Part shown: piece after piece, positions 1-7,507 of the stretch
How positions within the stretch are numbered: position 1 is the first letter of the stretch
Layout of the letters: every line of letters begins with the position of its first letter
Assembly: GCA_020241125.1 (NCBI GenBank)
Contig: GCA_020241125.1_4708.1
Reading direction: 5' to 3' (one strand)
DNA: 64,000 bases
Origin: a phage
Translations under genes and position numbers: made by a program
Notes under the pieces: model-generated
What the model saw: the letters and a program-made list of their open reading frames with translations, nothing else
The model's database searches: none
Told to the model about the DNA's origin: nothing

Positions 1-47
1 AAAAAAAAAAAAAATGATAGTCACAGGCTCTCCAATGAAGGAGAGCC
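1..47 (-). terminator. hairpin GGCTCTCC/GGAGAGCC followed by T14 on the minus strand
   Basis: 8-bp stem at 26-33 and 40-47; plus-strand A14 at 1-14 is a T14 run 3' of the hairpin on the minus strand; lies 3' of gene 60-761. Confidence 0.5.
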
Positions 48-59
48 GTGACCGTCAGT

Positions 60-761
60 TTAAGATGCAGATAATCTCGCGTACTTCTGGCGAACATGGT
101 TCTTACGGCGAACTTCGTCGTCCTCGTCACGCCATTCGAGGTAAGCAACGAATCGACGTAACTGCGCCGCCGTCATCGTTGACGAGCGGTCTTCTACGTC
201 TAGAACAACGTAACGAACATCACCAACGCCATCGCAATCAACGTAACTGAATACCAAAAGGCCATCGCCGTACTCAACGATGGTAACTTCGAATCGTTTA
301 TCGAACAAATAAAACAGTTCCGATTCAATGATCATCGGAATGACGCATAAATCAGCACGATTGAGGATTTCCATCATCACCCGTAACGCGCGAGGAGTAT
401 GGCGAGCGAACTGGTCGTTAAAACGTTGTTTCATCGCTTGTTCCACGCCATCTGTTTTTGTTCCAAACCACGGACGTACTACAGATTTCGGTGGTGTAAG
501 ACGAAAGCGATATGCTTGTATAAACAACAGAATATCAGCGACGTTAGGAAATTCTTCCTGGTCTTCGTATATCTTGCGGATAATATCCGGAATCGTAACC
601 ATCAAGTATTTCTTATCGCCTCCCACTTTCTCGAGATTAGCAATATGTCCTTCTACCACAGGCTGGTAAACGAAATTATACCAATGACGGTATCTTTCAG
701 TACGTTGGTAGTTTGGGATAAAATTAAGAATAATACTCACTGCGCGTTTTAATGGGTTCAT
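60..761 (-). CDS. hypothetical protein (233 aa)
   Basis: Intact ORF with ATG at 761 preceded by AAGGA; followed on the minus strand by a hairpin plus T14 run (26-47, 1-14). No recognisable motif. Confidence 0.65.
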   Translation of the reverse strand: MNPLKRAVSIILNFIPNYQRTERYRHWYNFVYQPVVEGHIANLEKVGGDKKYLMVTIPDIIRKIYEDQEEFPNVADILLFIQAYRFRLTPPKSVVRPWFGTKTDGVEQAMKQRFNDQFARHTPRALRVMMEILNRADLCVIPMIIESELFYLFDKRFEVTIVEYGDGLLVFSYVDCDGVGDVRYVVLDVEDRSSTMTAAQLRRFVAYLEWRDEDDEVRRKNHVRQKYARLSAS

Positions 762-775
762 CGGAAGGATCCTTC

Positions 776-1189
776 TTATGTTTTAATATGCACATCGTCA
801 ATCCCCTCGGTAATCCAGCCGATGGGAAGGACAATCGTTGTTATCCTGTTATGGGTGTAGTGGTTGAGAAAATGGAAATAGTAATTTTTGTTAGACTGTT
901 CGATCCGCAGGTCGAGATGCGCGTCTTCAGGTAACCGTAACCAAGCACCGTACAGTTCATTAAACTTACGCTGAATTTTACCGGGGTTCATTGGAACCCC
1001 ACGACCACGACGATGTAGCTGACGTAATGATTCAATCAAACACTCAGAGATACCCGTTGTCGTTCCGTTATCGCTTGTATCAATAACGATGAACTCTCGT
1101 GACCCACGACCGAGATAAAAGCCAGCGACAAAAGCTGCAGCAACAAAAATTATCGTACCGATACCAATATACCAATAGTAAGTATCCAT
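776..1189 (-). CDS. small membrane protein (N-terminal TM helix)
   Basis: ORF 776-1210 begins with TTG; the first ATG (1189) has a GAGG RBS 6 nt upstream; hydrophobic N-terminus YWYIGIGTIIFVAAAFVAGFYL. Confidence 0.6.
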   Translation of the reverse strand: MDTYYWYIGIGTIIFVAAAFVAGFYLGRGSREFIVIDTSDNGTTTGISECLIESLRQLHRRGRGVPMNPGKIQRKFNELYGAWLRLPEDAHLDLRIEQSNKNYYFHFLNHYTHNRITTIVLPIGWITEGIDDVHIKT

Positions 1190-1200
1190 AACGACCTCAC

Positions 1201-1728
1201 TTATACCCAATAGTCGGCAAGCGGTTTTACCTTATTAATGGGCAACTGTACTTTACCGATGTTCTCTACATCCGCATCAGCGTAGAGAACAATTTTATCA
1301 CCGTCTCTTTCCCAACGAATAATGAATCGACCAGGAAGAAGATTACTCTGTTCAAGAGACGCAGTAACCTGTTGTGTTAAAACAGACAACCAAGCAGGCA
1401 TCAGTGTTGCAACATCTAAGTCATTTGACCATTCAGCGCGTTGCTCCACTGGACGTAACATACGTTCGACGGTGCGTTGAACTGTTGCGGTGATATAGCC
1501 TTTATCTTCGTCACTGATTGGATCAGGACGAGACACAAAACGTTCAGCAGGCTTGTGGGTAATATATTCATGCAAATCGATGAGTGGTGTTGTCATAGTA
1601 CTCGCTCCATCAGAATGTAATTGGGTAACCCGTAGGGTTGTCTGCATGCTATTCAGCAGCGCAAAAGCGCCATAAACAACAACGATACCAAGTATAGCCA
1701 AAACAGAAATCATTAACGTGTATTGCAT
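1201..1728 (-). CDS. membrane-anchored protein (N-terminal TM helix)
   Basis: ORF 1201-1776 begins with TTG; internal ATG at 1728 (MQYTLMISVLAILGIVVVYGAFALL) follows GGGGAG; the rest is hydrophilic. Confidence 0.6.
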   Translation of the reverse strand: MQYTLMISVLAILGIVVVYGAFALLNSMQTTLRVTQLHSDGASTMTTPLIDLHEYITHKPAERFVSRPDPISDEDKGYITATVQRTVERMLRPVEQRAEWSNDLDVATLMPAWLSVLTQQVTASLEQSNLLPGRFIIRWERDGDKIVLYADADVENIGKVQLPINKVKPLADYWV

Positions 1729-1795
1729 TGTCATCTCCCCTACATACGCATCTTGAAGATCGGTTAAAAACAACAAAAGAAAAAACGATATAAAG

Positions 1796-1823
1796 CAAGG
1801 TCCTCTGATATCAGAGGACCTTG
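1796..1823 (-). terminator. 28-bp perfect palindrome hairpin with T-rich tail on the minus strand
   Basis: CAAGGTCCTCTGATATCAGAGGACCTTG; the minus strand continues CTTTATATCGTTTTTTCTTTTGTTGTTTTT. Confidence 0.6.
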
Positions 1824-1829
1824 GATCAA

Positions 1830-2486
1830 TTAGCTTGCAGCTTCTTCATTTGTATCAGGTTTGCTTCCCCCTAACAAACCGTCAAACAGACCCGTATGTT
1901 TCAGGTAGAAGAGAGCGATAGCGCCCATTGCTGCTGCGCTCGTCGCCGTTAACGCAACCCCGGCACGATACTGCCATTTACGATCAGGCTTTTGATCAAG
2001 AGCCATACGACGCATGTATTCAGCCTCTGCTTCATTCCGATGAATTTCGGATTCAGCCAAGCGGGCTAAGGTATCGCGGTCAAGGTTATCATAACGTACG
2101 TTCATGGTGGTTTCCTCTTGTTTGGAAGTTGATTGCTTAGTGGATTCTTGGTCAACAGTCGTTTCAGATGGTTCAAACGGCTGGTTGTTCATTTTCTGAT
2201 CTTTATTGGTCATGATAGACTCCTTCGATTTTTGAGACGAAATTGATTTAAACCATCGTGGATGGCGGTATTCAGTTTTACATGTGCAGTTAAGTTTCTC
2301 GTGCAGGAAAGCGTAAAAACGTTTTGCGCCTACACGTAAGGCTTTCAGCATTACCCATCCACGAGCACTCAAACGGTGTAGCTGTTGCGGTATGTCGAGT
2401 TTCCTAGCCAAGCGAAAGTATCTTTCAATCACTTCGATAGGAAACCATTGTTGTTCCACATCGGTGAGACTGAAAGTCTTATCCAT
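1830..2486 (-). CDS. membrane protein with C-terminal TM helix (alternative start ATG 2213)
   Basis: 218-aa ORF; very strong internal RBS AAGGAG before ATG 2213 gives a 127-aa product; C-terminal hydrophobic segment GVALTATSAAAMGAIALFYL; TATATTAC-type motif 32 nt upstream of 2486. Confidence 0.6.
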   Translation of the reverse strand: MDKTFSLTDVEQQWFPIEVIERYFRLARKLDIPQQLHRLSARGWVMLKALRVGAKRFYAFLHEKLNCTCKTEYRHPRWFKSISSQKSKESIMTNKDQKMNNQPFEPSETTVDQESTKQSTSKQEETTMNVRYDNLDRDTLARLAESEIHRNEAEAEYMRRMALDQKPDRKWQYRAGVALTATSAAAMGAIALFYLKHTGLFDGLLGGSKPDTNEEAAS

Positions 2487-2517
2487 GATTGAAATCTCGC
2501 TGGCTTACTTCACTTAA

Positions 2518-2534
2518 GTAATATAGCCGTGAAA
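2518..2534 (-). promoter_or_regulatory. candidate phage early promoter (minus-strand TTTCACGGCTATATTAC)
   Basis: Exact 17-mer repeated at 15116-15132; contains TATATTAC; 32 nt upstream of the start at 2486. Confidence 0.45.
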
Positions 2535-2636
2535 AATGTTGGATTAAGTTAAATACCGCAACCGCAGCTAATTTTATAGGCTTTTAGCCTAAACCAATCA
2601 TCTTCGGAATCATCATCTTTGAAACAGGAATCTATC

Positions 2637-3458
2637 ATGGAAAAAGTATTTGTTTGTAAGTTGTTTACCAACGGCAATAGCCAACCAATGTATCTGACCG
2701 ATCCTGTTCTAGGTAATCGGAACAGTACCGTATTCAAAGAGGCTTTCGAATACGCTAAAAATAAAGCCGTGAGAACACTGACGTCTGATGACTGTATCAA
2801 CGGTATCACGTGGGCAGAGTTAATCGGTGATGCCGTTCGACACTTCGTTCGGGATGCGAGAAAACGGGAAATCTGTCTCACGACTATTGTTGTGCGTGAA
2901 AACGCAGAAATTTTATCAAACGTTTTGGTTGATTTTAATGACGTTTGTGTGTTTAATCCAGAGAACACGTTTGAACAATACCTTACTGCCCTGAACAACC
3001 AGCTCGGTAAAGATATTCATCCCGAATTCGCCAAGTTAACATATCAGTTACTTTTTGACGACGTCGATCCAAATACGAAGATCGATACCAGCTTATCGCC
3101 CCTGGTAAAGAAATACGGATCGGTTCTCGCTACGGCAACACCCACCACCGATGGTGGTTATGATATCGAATTGGATGATCCATTAAAAGAACAAGAGCCT
3201 ACTGGGGTTAGGGCGGTACATCACAACCTCGTCGTTAAATCTGATGGATGCGATGAACATTACGCTATGATAAACGATGAAAACAATTACCGTTTAAGTC
3301 AAGCGATTGGTGTTCTACGCTATACCGAACCCACTGTTGTAGACGATTATACATCGACAACAACGCACACCACGTGTTTCATTTTCATCTATCCCAATGA
3401 AAGTGTGTACATTACCGACTGCTATGGCAATACCGTAGATAGCTTACGTCGTTATTGA
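2637..3458 (+). CDS. hypothetical protein (273 aa)
   Basis: ORF 2619-3458 begins with TTG; ATG at 2637 with AGGA 8 nt upstream; followed by a classic UUCG-loop terminator at 3464-3491. Confidence 0.7.
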   Translation: MEKVFVCKLFTNGNSQPMYLTDPVLGNRNSTVFKEAFEYAKNKAVRTLTSDDCINGITWAELIGDAVRHFVRDARKREICLTTIVVRENAEILSNVLVDFNDVCVFNPENTFEQYLTALNNQLGKDIHPEFAKLTYQLLFDDVDPNTKIDTSLSPLVKKYGSVLATATPTTDGGYDIELDDPLKEQEPTGVRAVHHNLVVKSDGCDEHYAMINDENNYRLSQAIGVLRYTEPTVVDDYTSTTTHTTCFIFIYPNESVYITDCYGNTVDSLRRY

Positions 3459-3463
3459 TTATC

Positions 3464-3491
3464 GAGCCTGTCCTTCGGGGCAGGCTTTTTA
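3464..3491 (+). terminator. intrinsic terminator with UUCG tetraloop
   Basis: AGCCTGTCC-TTCG-GGGCAGGCT followed by TTTTTA, 6 nt after the stop of 2637-3458. Confidence 0.75.
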
Positions 3492-3561
3492 TGCTGTTAA
3501 ATATCAGGAATAAGAATTAACAAAATAGGAAAATGGTGTGTATATAACACAAAGGAGGGAG

Positions 3562-3684
3562 ATGATTATGTTACTCATTCTAATGGAGAGAGCATTGCTG
3601 GCGGGTATCTGCGCATTCTCTGTTAAACACGCTGTTGCTATCATGGCTGAAGAAAGGCGTAATACGCATAATGTATTACGCTGA
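3562..3684 (+). CDS. small hydrophobic peptide (40 aa), not in the ORF track
   Basis: Perfect SD AAAGGAGGGAG ending 1 nt before ATG 3562; translation MIMLLILMERALLAGICAFSVKHAVAIMAEERRNTHNVLR; TATATAAC element about 20 nt upstream. Confidence 0.45.
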   Translation: MIMLLILMERALLAGICAFSVKHAVAIMAEERRNTHNVLR

Positions 3685-3794
3685 AAACACTGTGTGCATT
3701 AGTGTATGACGAGAAATCGTCGAGGCCCCCGTCTTCACGAGGGCCAACACCTATGCATGATTATTCATCGTCTGTTAAACAAAAGGTTATAAAC

Positions 3795-4103
3795 ATGAGC
3801 AATTTGAACGTTGAATTTACTTCAACAACGCCTGTCATGAATGGTGTTGGCACTGAAACCAAAATCGTATTAGAACCCATTCCAGGGTTACGCGATCTCG
3901 GTGATTTTTATCCACTGATGCCGCGTATACGGAAGGCCTTAAACAGTATCGATCTTGATTCCAATAAAGATTTCCAACACGATACAGAAAATACCGATCA
4001 TGTATTGCTGCCATCAGGGATCGCAAAATTCACCTACACGCAAACATTGAAAGCCTCTGATGGTGAAATCCGTCGTTTTATCGTTGAAGTAGAAAGCGCA
4101 TAA
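3795..4103 (+). CDS. hypothetical protein (about 102 aa; ORF extends to 3702)
   Basis: ORF 3702-4103; the ATG at 3795 is the one with an AAGG-like RBS; ends 5 nt before conserved hairpin 4108-4139. Confidence 0.5.
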   Translation: MSNLNVEFTSTTPVMNGVGTETKIVLEPIPGLRDLGDFYPLMPRIRKALNSIDLDSNKDFQHDTENTDHVLLPSGIAKFTYTQTLKASDGEIRRFIVEVESA

Positions 4104-4107
4104 AAAC

Positions 4108-4139
4108 CATCCTCCCAACCCGTAAGGGAAGGGAGGATG
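4108..4139. terminator. conserved two-tier hairpin, family copy 1 (bidirectional)
   Basis: CATCCTCCC-AACCC-GTAA-GGG-AA-GGGAGGATG between convergent genes 3795-4103 and 4157-4786. Confidence 0.7.
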
Positions 4140-4156
4140 AAATATGCCGTTAAACG

Positions 4157-4786
4157 TTATTCAACAAACCCTGCATTCAACAGATTGTCGTAAACACGAT
4201 TAGCGACATCAACAGGAGAATGTGTGTTACTGGTATCTATACGCAGCGTTTTCGCGTCGCCGAGATAGTCCATAAAATCCATGTAACGATAACGTCGTTT
4301 ATTGAATGTCGCTTCATCGATGTTATCAAACATCTGATGTTTAGCGTGACGAACACGGAACCGCCTTAAATACGTAGGATAGTCGATATCCAGATAAACA
4401 TAGTAAGACGGCATGATAATCGACGGTAGGTTCGGCAACAATGCGTCAAACAACTTAACGTTGGCATCATTAACCTGATAAACATACGTCGAAGCAATCG
4501 AACGATCGCTAAGCACAGTCTTCCCTTCGTTAAGGGCTGGATGAATCACCTTGTTGAAGAGATGATTACGTTGCGACATCATCGCCAATAGTTCAGTTTC
4601 TGGATCGAATCTGTTCGTTGGTGTCTGATCTTCCAGGATAAGTTTACGAATGGCTTCTCCGTAGAGCGTACCACCGGGTTCACGTACGACACAGACGTTG
4701 TTTAAACGACTGTGTAAAGACGAGATAACCGAACTCTTTCCTGAATAATCCAGACCTTCAATAACGATATATTTATTACGAGACAT
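4157..4786 (-). CDS. tmk: thymidylate kinase (dTMP kinase)
   Basis: P-loop YIVIEGLDYSGKSS near the N-terminus and DRSIASTYVYQ, matching Tmk-family motifs; ATG 4786 with GGAG RBS (ORF track start 4798 is TTG). Confidence 0.8.
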   Translation of the reverse strand: MSRNKYIVIEGLDYSGKSSVISSLHSRLNNVCVVREPGGTLYGEAIRKLILEDQTPTNRFDPETELLAMMSQRNHLFNKVIHPALNEGKTVLSDRSIASTYVYQVNDANVKLFDALLPNLPSIIMPSYYVYLDIDYPTYLRRFRVRHAKHQMFDNIDEATFNKRRYRYMDFMDYLGDAKTLRIDTSNTHSPVDVANRVYDNLLNAGFVE

Positions 4787-4802
4787 TCCCCGCTCCAATT
4801 AA

Positions 4803-6029
4803 CTACTTCGTTTTCGCCGTTATCGGCTGCGATACTGTAATCTCGACCCGATCGACATCGGTACGTTTAACGATGATAAGGCTGCGTTCATCACCGAATG
4901 GTTCTGAGATCTTACAAGCCTCTTTAAGATTTTCGAGAATCGTGCCATGGGGTTCAAACACCGCAAAACCGGAACTAGCGTCGATTCTTATTAAATATAC
5001 ACGCACATTGTTTACGGTAATGGTGTCATCCGTCTTGAACCCACAGCAGGAGGGTAGACAGAACTGACCATTAACGCAATTAGCTAAGTATGCCTCACCA
5101 CCGAACATTTCTATTAACGTCACCGGTTTAAATGTTTTCTCTGGGAAAGCATTATTAAGAATATCGTTTCCATTCACAAACCAGATCGTTACTTTATCTT
5201 CGGAATACGCTAGTCTGTATGGTTGGGTTGCGGACGCCTGCGCTTTATGCTGGTTAAATAACTTTGATTTTGTCGCAATCACAGCACGACCTTGGGCGTC
5301 AAAGTACAGAACTTCATACCCAACACATCCGATAAACACGCGACGGTTATTAAGTTCCGGAATTCTGACTACTAACGCATTACCATCTTCCGTCGGTGTA
5401 ATACCACGTAGGATGATAGATTCGTTGTTCAATGTTGAGTTGCTCACGATGACGCTTCGCATTACCGCTGGCGACACTATTTCATCTGCTGCAGGTTCAA
5501 GTTGCTCCGCTGTTACAGTCACGGATCTGTCTTCCTTTTCAACTGGCCAGTTGAAAAGGATTGTTTTATTAAGACAAACAATTGGGGTAATTTCGCCGAT
5601 ACTCCGTATCTTGACTGAGGGGCAATTGCACACATACGGAACAAAAACATCAATATCGTTGGTCGCTTCTTCAAGCATGCTAGCATACGCCATTGCTTCG
5701 GGACGATCGGTGAGATGAATAACAGCATAGACGATATCGTCTTTTAACCACGCACGTTTCACTCGTCCTATAACACGATTGATGTCTACAATAACTCTCT
5801 GAGCTTTCATCTCCCATTTTACTGCATCAGTACCACCCGCAACCACGTTCGGTTTATCCGTGTTTACACGATGAAGGAAACTATTGATTATTTCCTCATC
5901 GATCTGGATATCCTTTCTCGCAAAATTCAACAACGGAATAACGAACTCATTGTTACCGCACTTCTCTGCTCCGCGAATGATAGGAGTACACTTCTTGTTC
6001 TCATCTGATCCCCAGATAACTTTAGTCAT
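4803..6029 (-). CDS. hypothetical protein (408 aa)
   Basis: ORF 4803-6056 begins with GTG; ATG 6029 has AAGGAAA RBS; N-terminus MTKVIWGSDENKK; no phosphoesterase motifs seen. Confidence 0.65.
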   Translation of the reverse strand: MTKVIWGSDENKKCTPIIRGAEKCGNNEFVIPLLNFARKDIQIDEEIINSFLHRVNTDKPNVVAGGTDAVKWEMKAQRVIVDINRVIGRVKRAWLKDDIVYAVIHLTDRPEAMAYASMLEEATNDIDVFVPYVCNCPSVKIRSIGEITPIVCLNKTILFNWPVEKEDRSVTVTAEQLEPAADEIVSPAVMRSVIVSNSTLNNESIILRGITPTEDGNALVVRIPELNNRRVFIGCVGYEVLYFDAQGRAVIATKSKLFNQHKAQASATQPYRLAYSEDKVTIWFVNGNDILNNAFPEKTFKPVTLIEMFGGEAYLANCVNGQFCLPSCCGFKTDDTITVNNVRVYLIRIDASSGFAVFEPHGTILENLKEACKISEPFGDERSLIIVKRTDVDRVEITVSQPITAKTK

Positions 6030-6062
6030 TTTCTGTTTCCTTCTTGGGTTTTGCACAAGTTT

Positions 6063-6677
6063 CTAACGGCGTTTTGTACCGACCTTCCCATTTCGATGGT
6101 CATCAAGAATACGCCATTCTTCGAACAGGAGTTCGGCTGCGAAATAACCTACAGCGATGCTGTCTATCGCATGCTCATCAAGATTCGCTAACACAACACC
6201 GTTTCTGGGTGTGATGTTCATGAGGTTCAACACTTTCTGGCGAACATCGTCCTTACCAACACGGGACGTCATAATCCCAACAGCGCGTTTTGCGCTTCGG
6301 TTATCAACCCCTAAGAAAGATACCGTAGGATCAAAATCGATAACCGTTGTCTGAATCGCTGAAAACAGCTCGCTGAGCGCCATACCGCTTTGCTTGAAAC
6401 GACCGATGAATGGCGTCTCACAAGCGACCGCTTGCGGCTGGTACTCTTGCAATAACGTTGTCAGTGAACGACGGTGTTCTTGGATACGTGCGGCACGATT
6501 ACCGTATCCAAGCGCAATATCGCCATCGGGATCATATCGACGTGAAGCGTGCCATGTCCCTGCATACAGCAGTTCAATATCTTCGACACGCACGTCCAAA
6601 CGTAGTAACGACGCACCGAGTGTATCGGTGCCAGGGTCGATTGCCAGAATATCGTAAGCGTATTCTGGTGGGATCAT
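6063..6677 (-). CDS. RuvC-like Holliday-junction resolvase
   Basis: Motifs ILAIDPGTDTLGAS, AVACETPF and DEHAIDSIAVG match the RuvC catalytic acidic residues; ATG 6677 overlaps the upstream stop as ATGA (translational coupling). Confidence 0.7.
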   Translation of the reverse strand: MIPPEYAYDILAIDPGTDTLGASLLRLDVRVEDIELLYAGTWHASRRYDPDGDIALGYGNRAARIQEHRRSLTTLLQEYQPQAVACETPFIGRFKQSGMALSELFSAIQTTVIDFDPTVSFLGVDNRSAKRAVGIMTSRVGKDDVRQKVLNLMNITPRNGVVLANLDEHAIDSIAVGYFAAELLFEEWRILDDHRNGKVGTKRR

Positions 6678-7486
6678 GGTGTTACAACAGCCTCTACTGA
6701 CCATGGGAAGGTTTTCGCAACAACACCTTCCAGGAAGCGTTCAACTTCCGATTGCTCATACACCGAAAGCTTTTCGAACGGCGTTTGGTCTTCGGTTAAA
6801 CCTATCGCGTGAATAGGACCCAGGTCTTTAACCAGAGTGACTTCGCCTTTAACGCCTTCGCGTTTAACGATGATCGCATGATCATTAACCTTGGGATCAT
6901 ACAGCACGCGCATCATGGTTACCGCGTCATCCGGTTCATGACCGAAATCGATGGCAACACGAGCATTCGTCCCTTCATCATCCAGAAGCTTGCTCAGCGC
7001 TTTACAACGGTCTTCAATCCAATCCAACGCAACCACGGTTTCTTGGCGTAGCTGAACCTCAACTTCTTTTCCTTGTTCGTCGATACGTTTCACGGTAACA
7101 AAATCGTGTAATAGGCGGTCAGGAAGGAGGGAAGCAATAAGCTCAATGTTGGGTTCAGGTTTTTCGTTTTCCAGAATGATGGTCGCTTGTGCGTCCAGAT
7201 GTTCTTTAAAACGGATGTAGCGCGTTAATCGCAGAACTTCATCTTGGGATTTTGCGTCTTCGGGAATAATCTCCGTCATGACGTTATAAATCTTTTCAGC
7301 GAACGTCGGAATTACGGTGATTGTAATTCGTGCTGGTGTACCACGCTCCTGGTACTCATCGGCTAACTTCTTCGCCATCCCGTTAAAGTAGGTCTGGAGA
7401 AACGGTTGCTGCGTTAAAAACATTTTCTCCAGATCGGAATAGCGATGCTTGCGTGCATGGCCTAGCTTCTTCATGGGTTTTTTCAT
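6674..7486 (-). CDS. hypothetical protein (270 aa) in the recombination module
   Basis: ORF with ATG 7486 and AAGGA RBS; no recognisable catalytic motif; sits between the SbcC-like and RuvC-like genes. Confidence 0.65.
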   Translation of the reverse strand: MKKPMKKLGHARKHRYSDLEKMFLTQQPFLQTYFNGMAKKLADEYQERGTPARITITVIPTFAEKIYNVMTEIIPEDAKSQDEVLRLTRYIRFKEHLDAQATIILENEKPEPNIELIASLLPDRLLHDFVTVKRIDEQGKEVEVQLRQETVVALDWIEDRCKALSKLLDDEGTNARVAIDFGHEPDDAVTMMRVLYDPKVNDHAIIVKREGVKGEVTLVKDLGPIHAIGLTEDQTPFEKLSVYEQSEVERFLEGVVAKTFPWSVEAVVTP

Positions 7487-7507
7487 CAACAGAAATCCTT
7501 ATTTGTC

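Noticed and set aside
14-250. 78-aa plus-strand ORF at the window start
   Set aside because: Fully overlapped by the better-supported minus-strand gene 60-761; R/Q-rich translation typical of an antisense frame.
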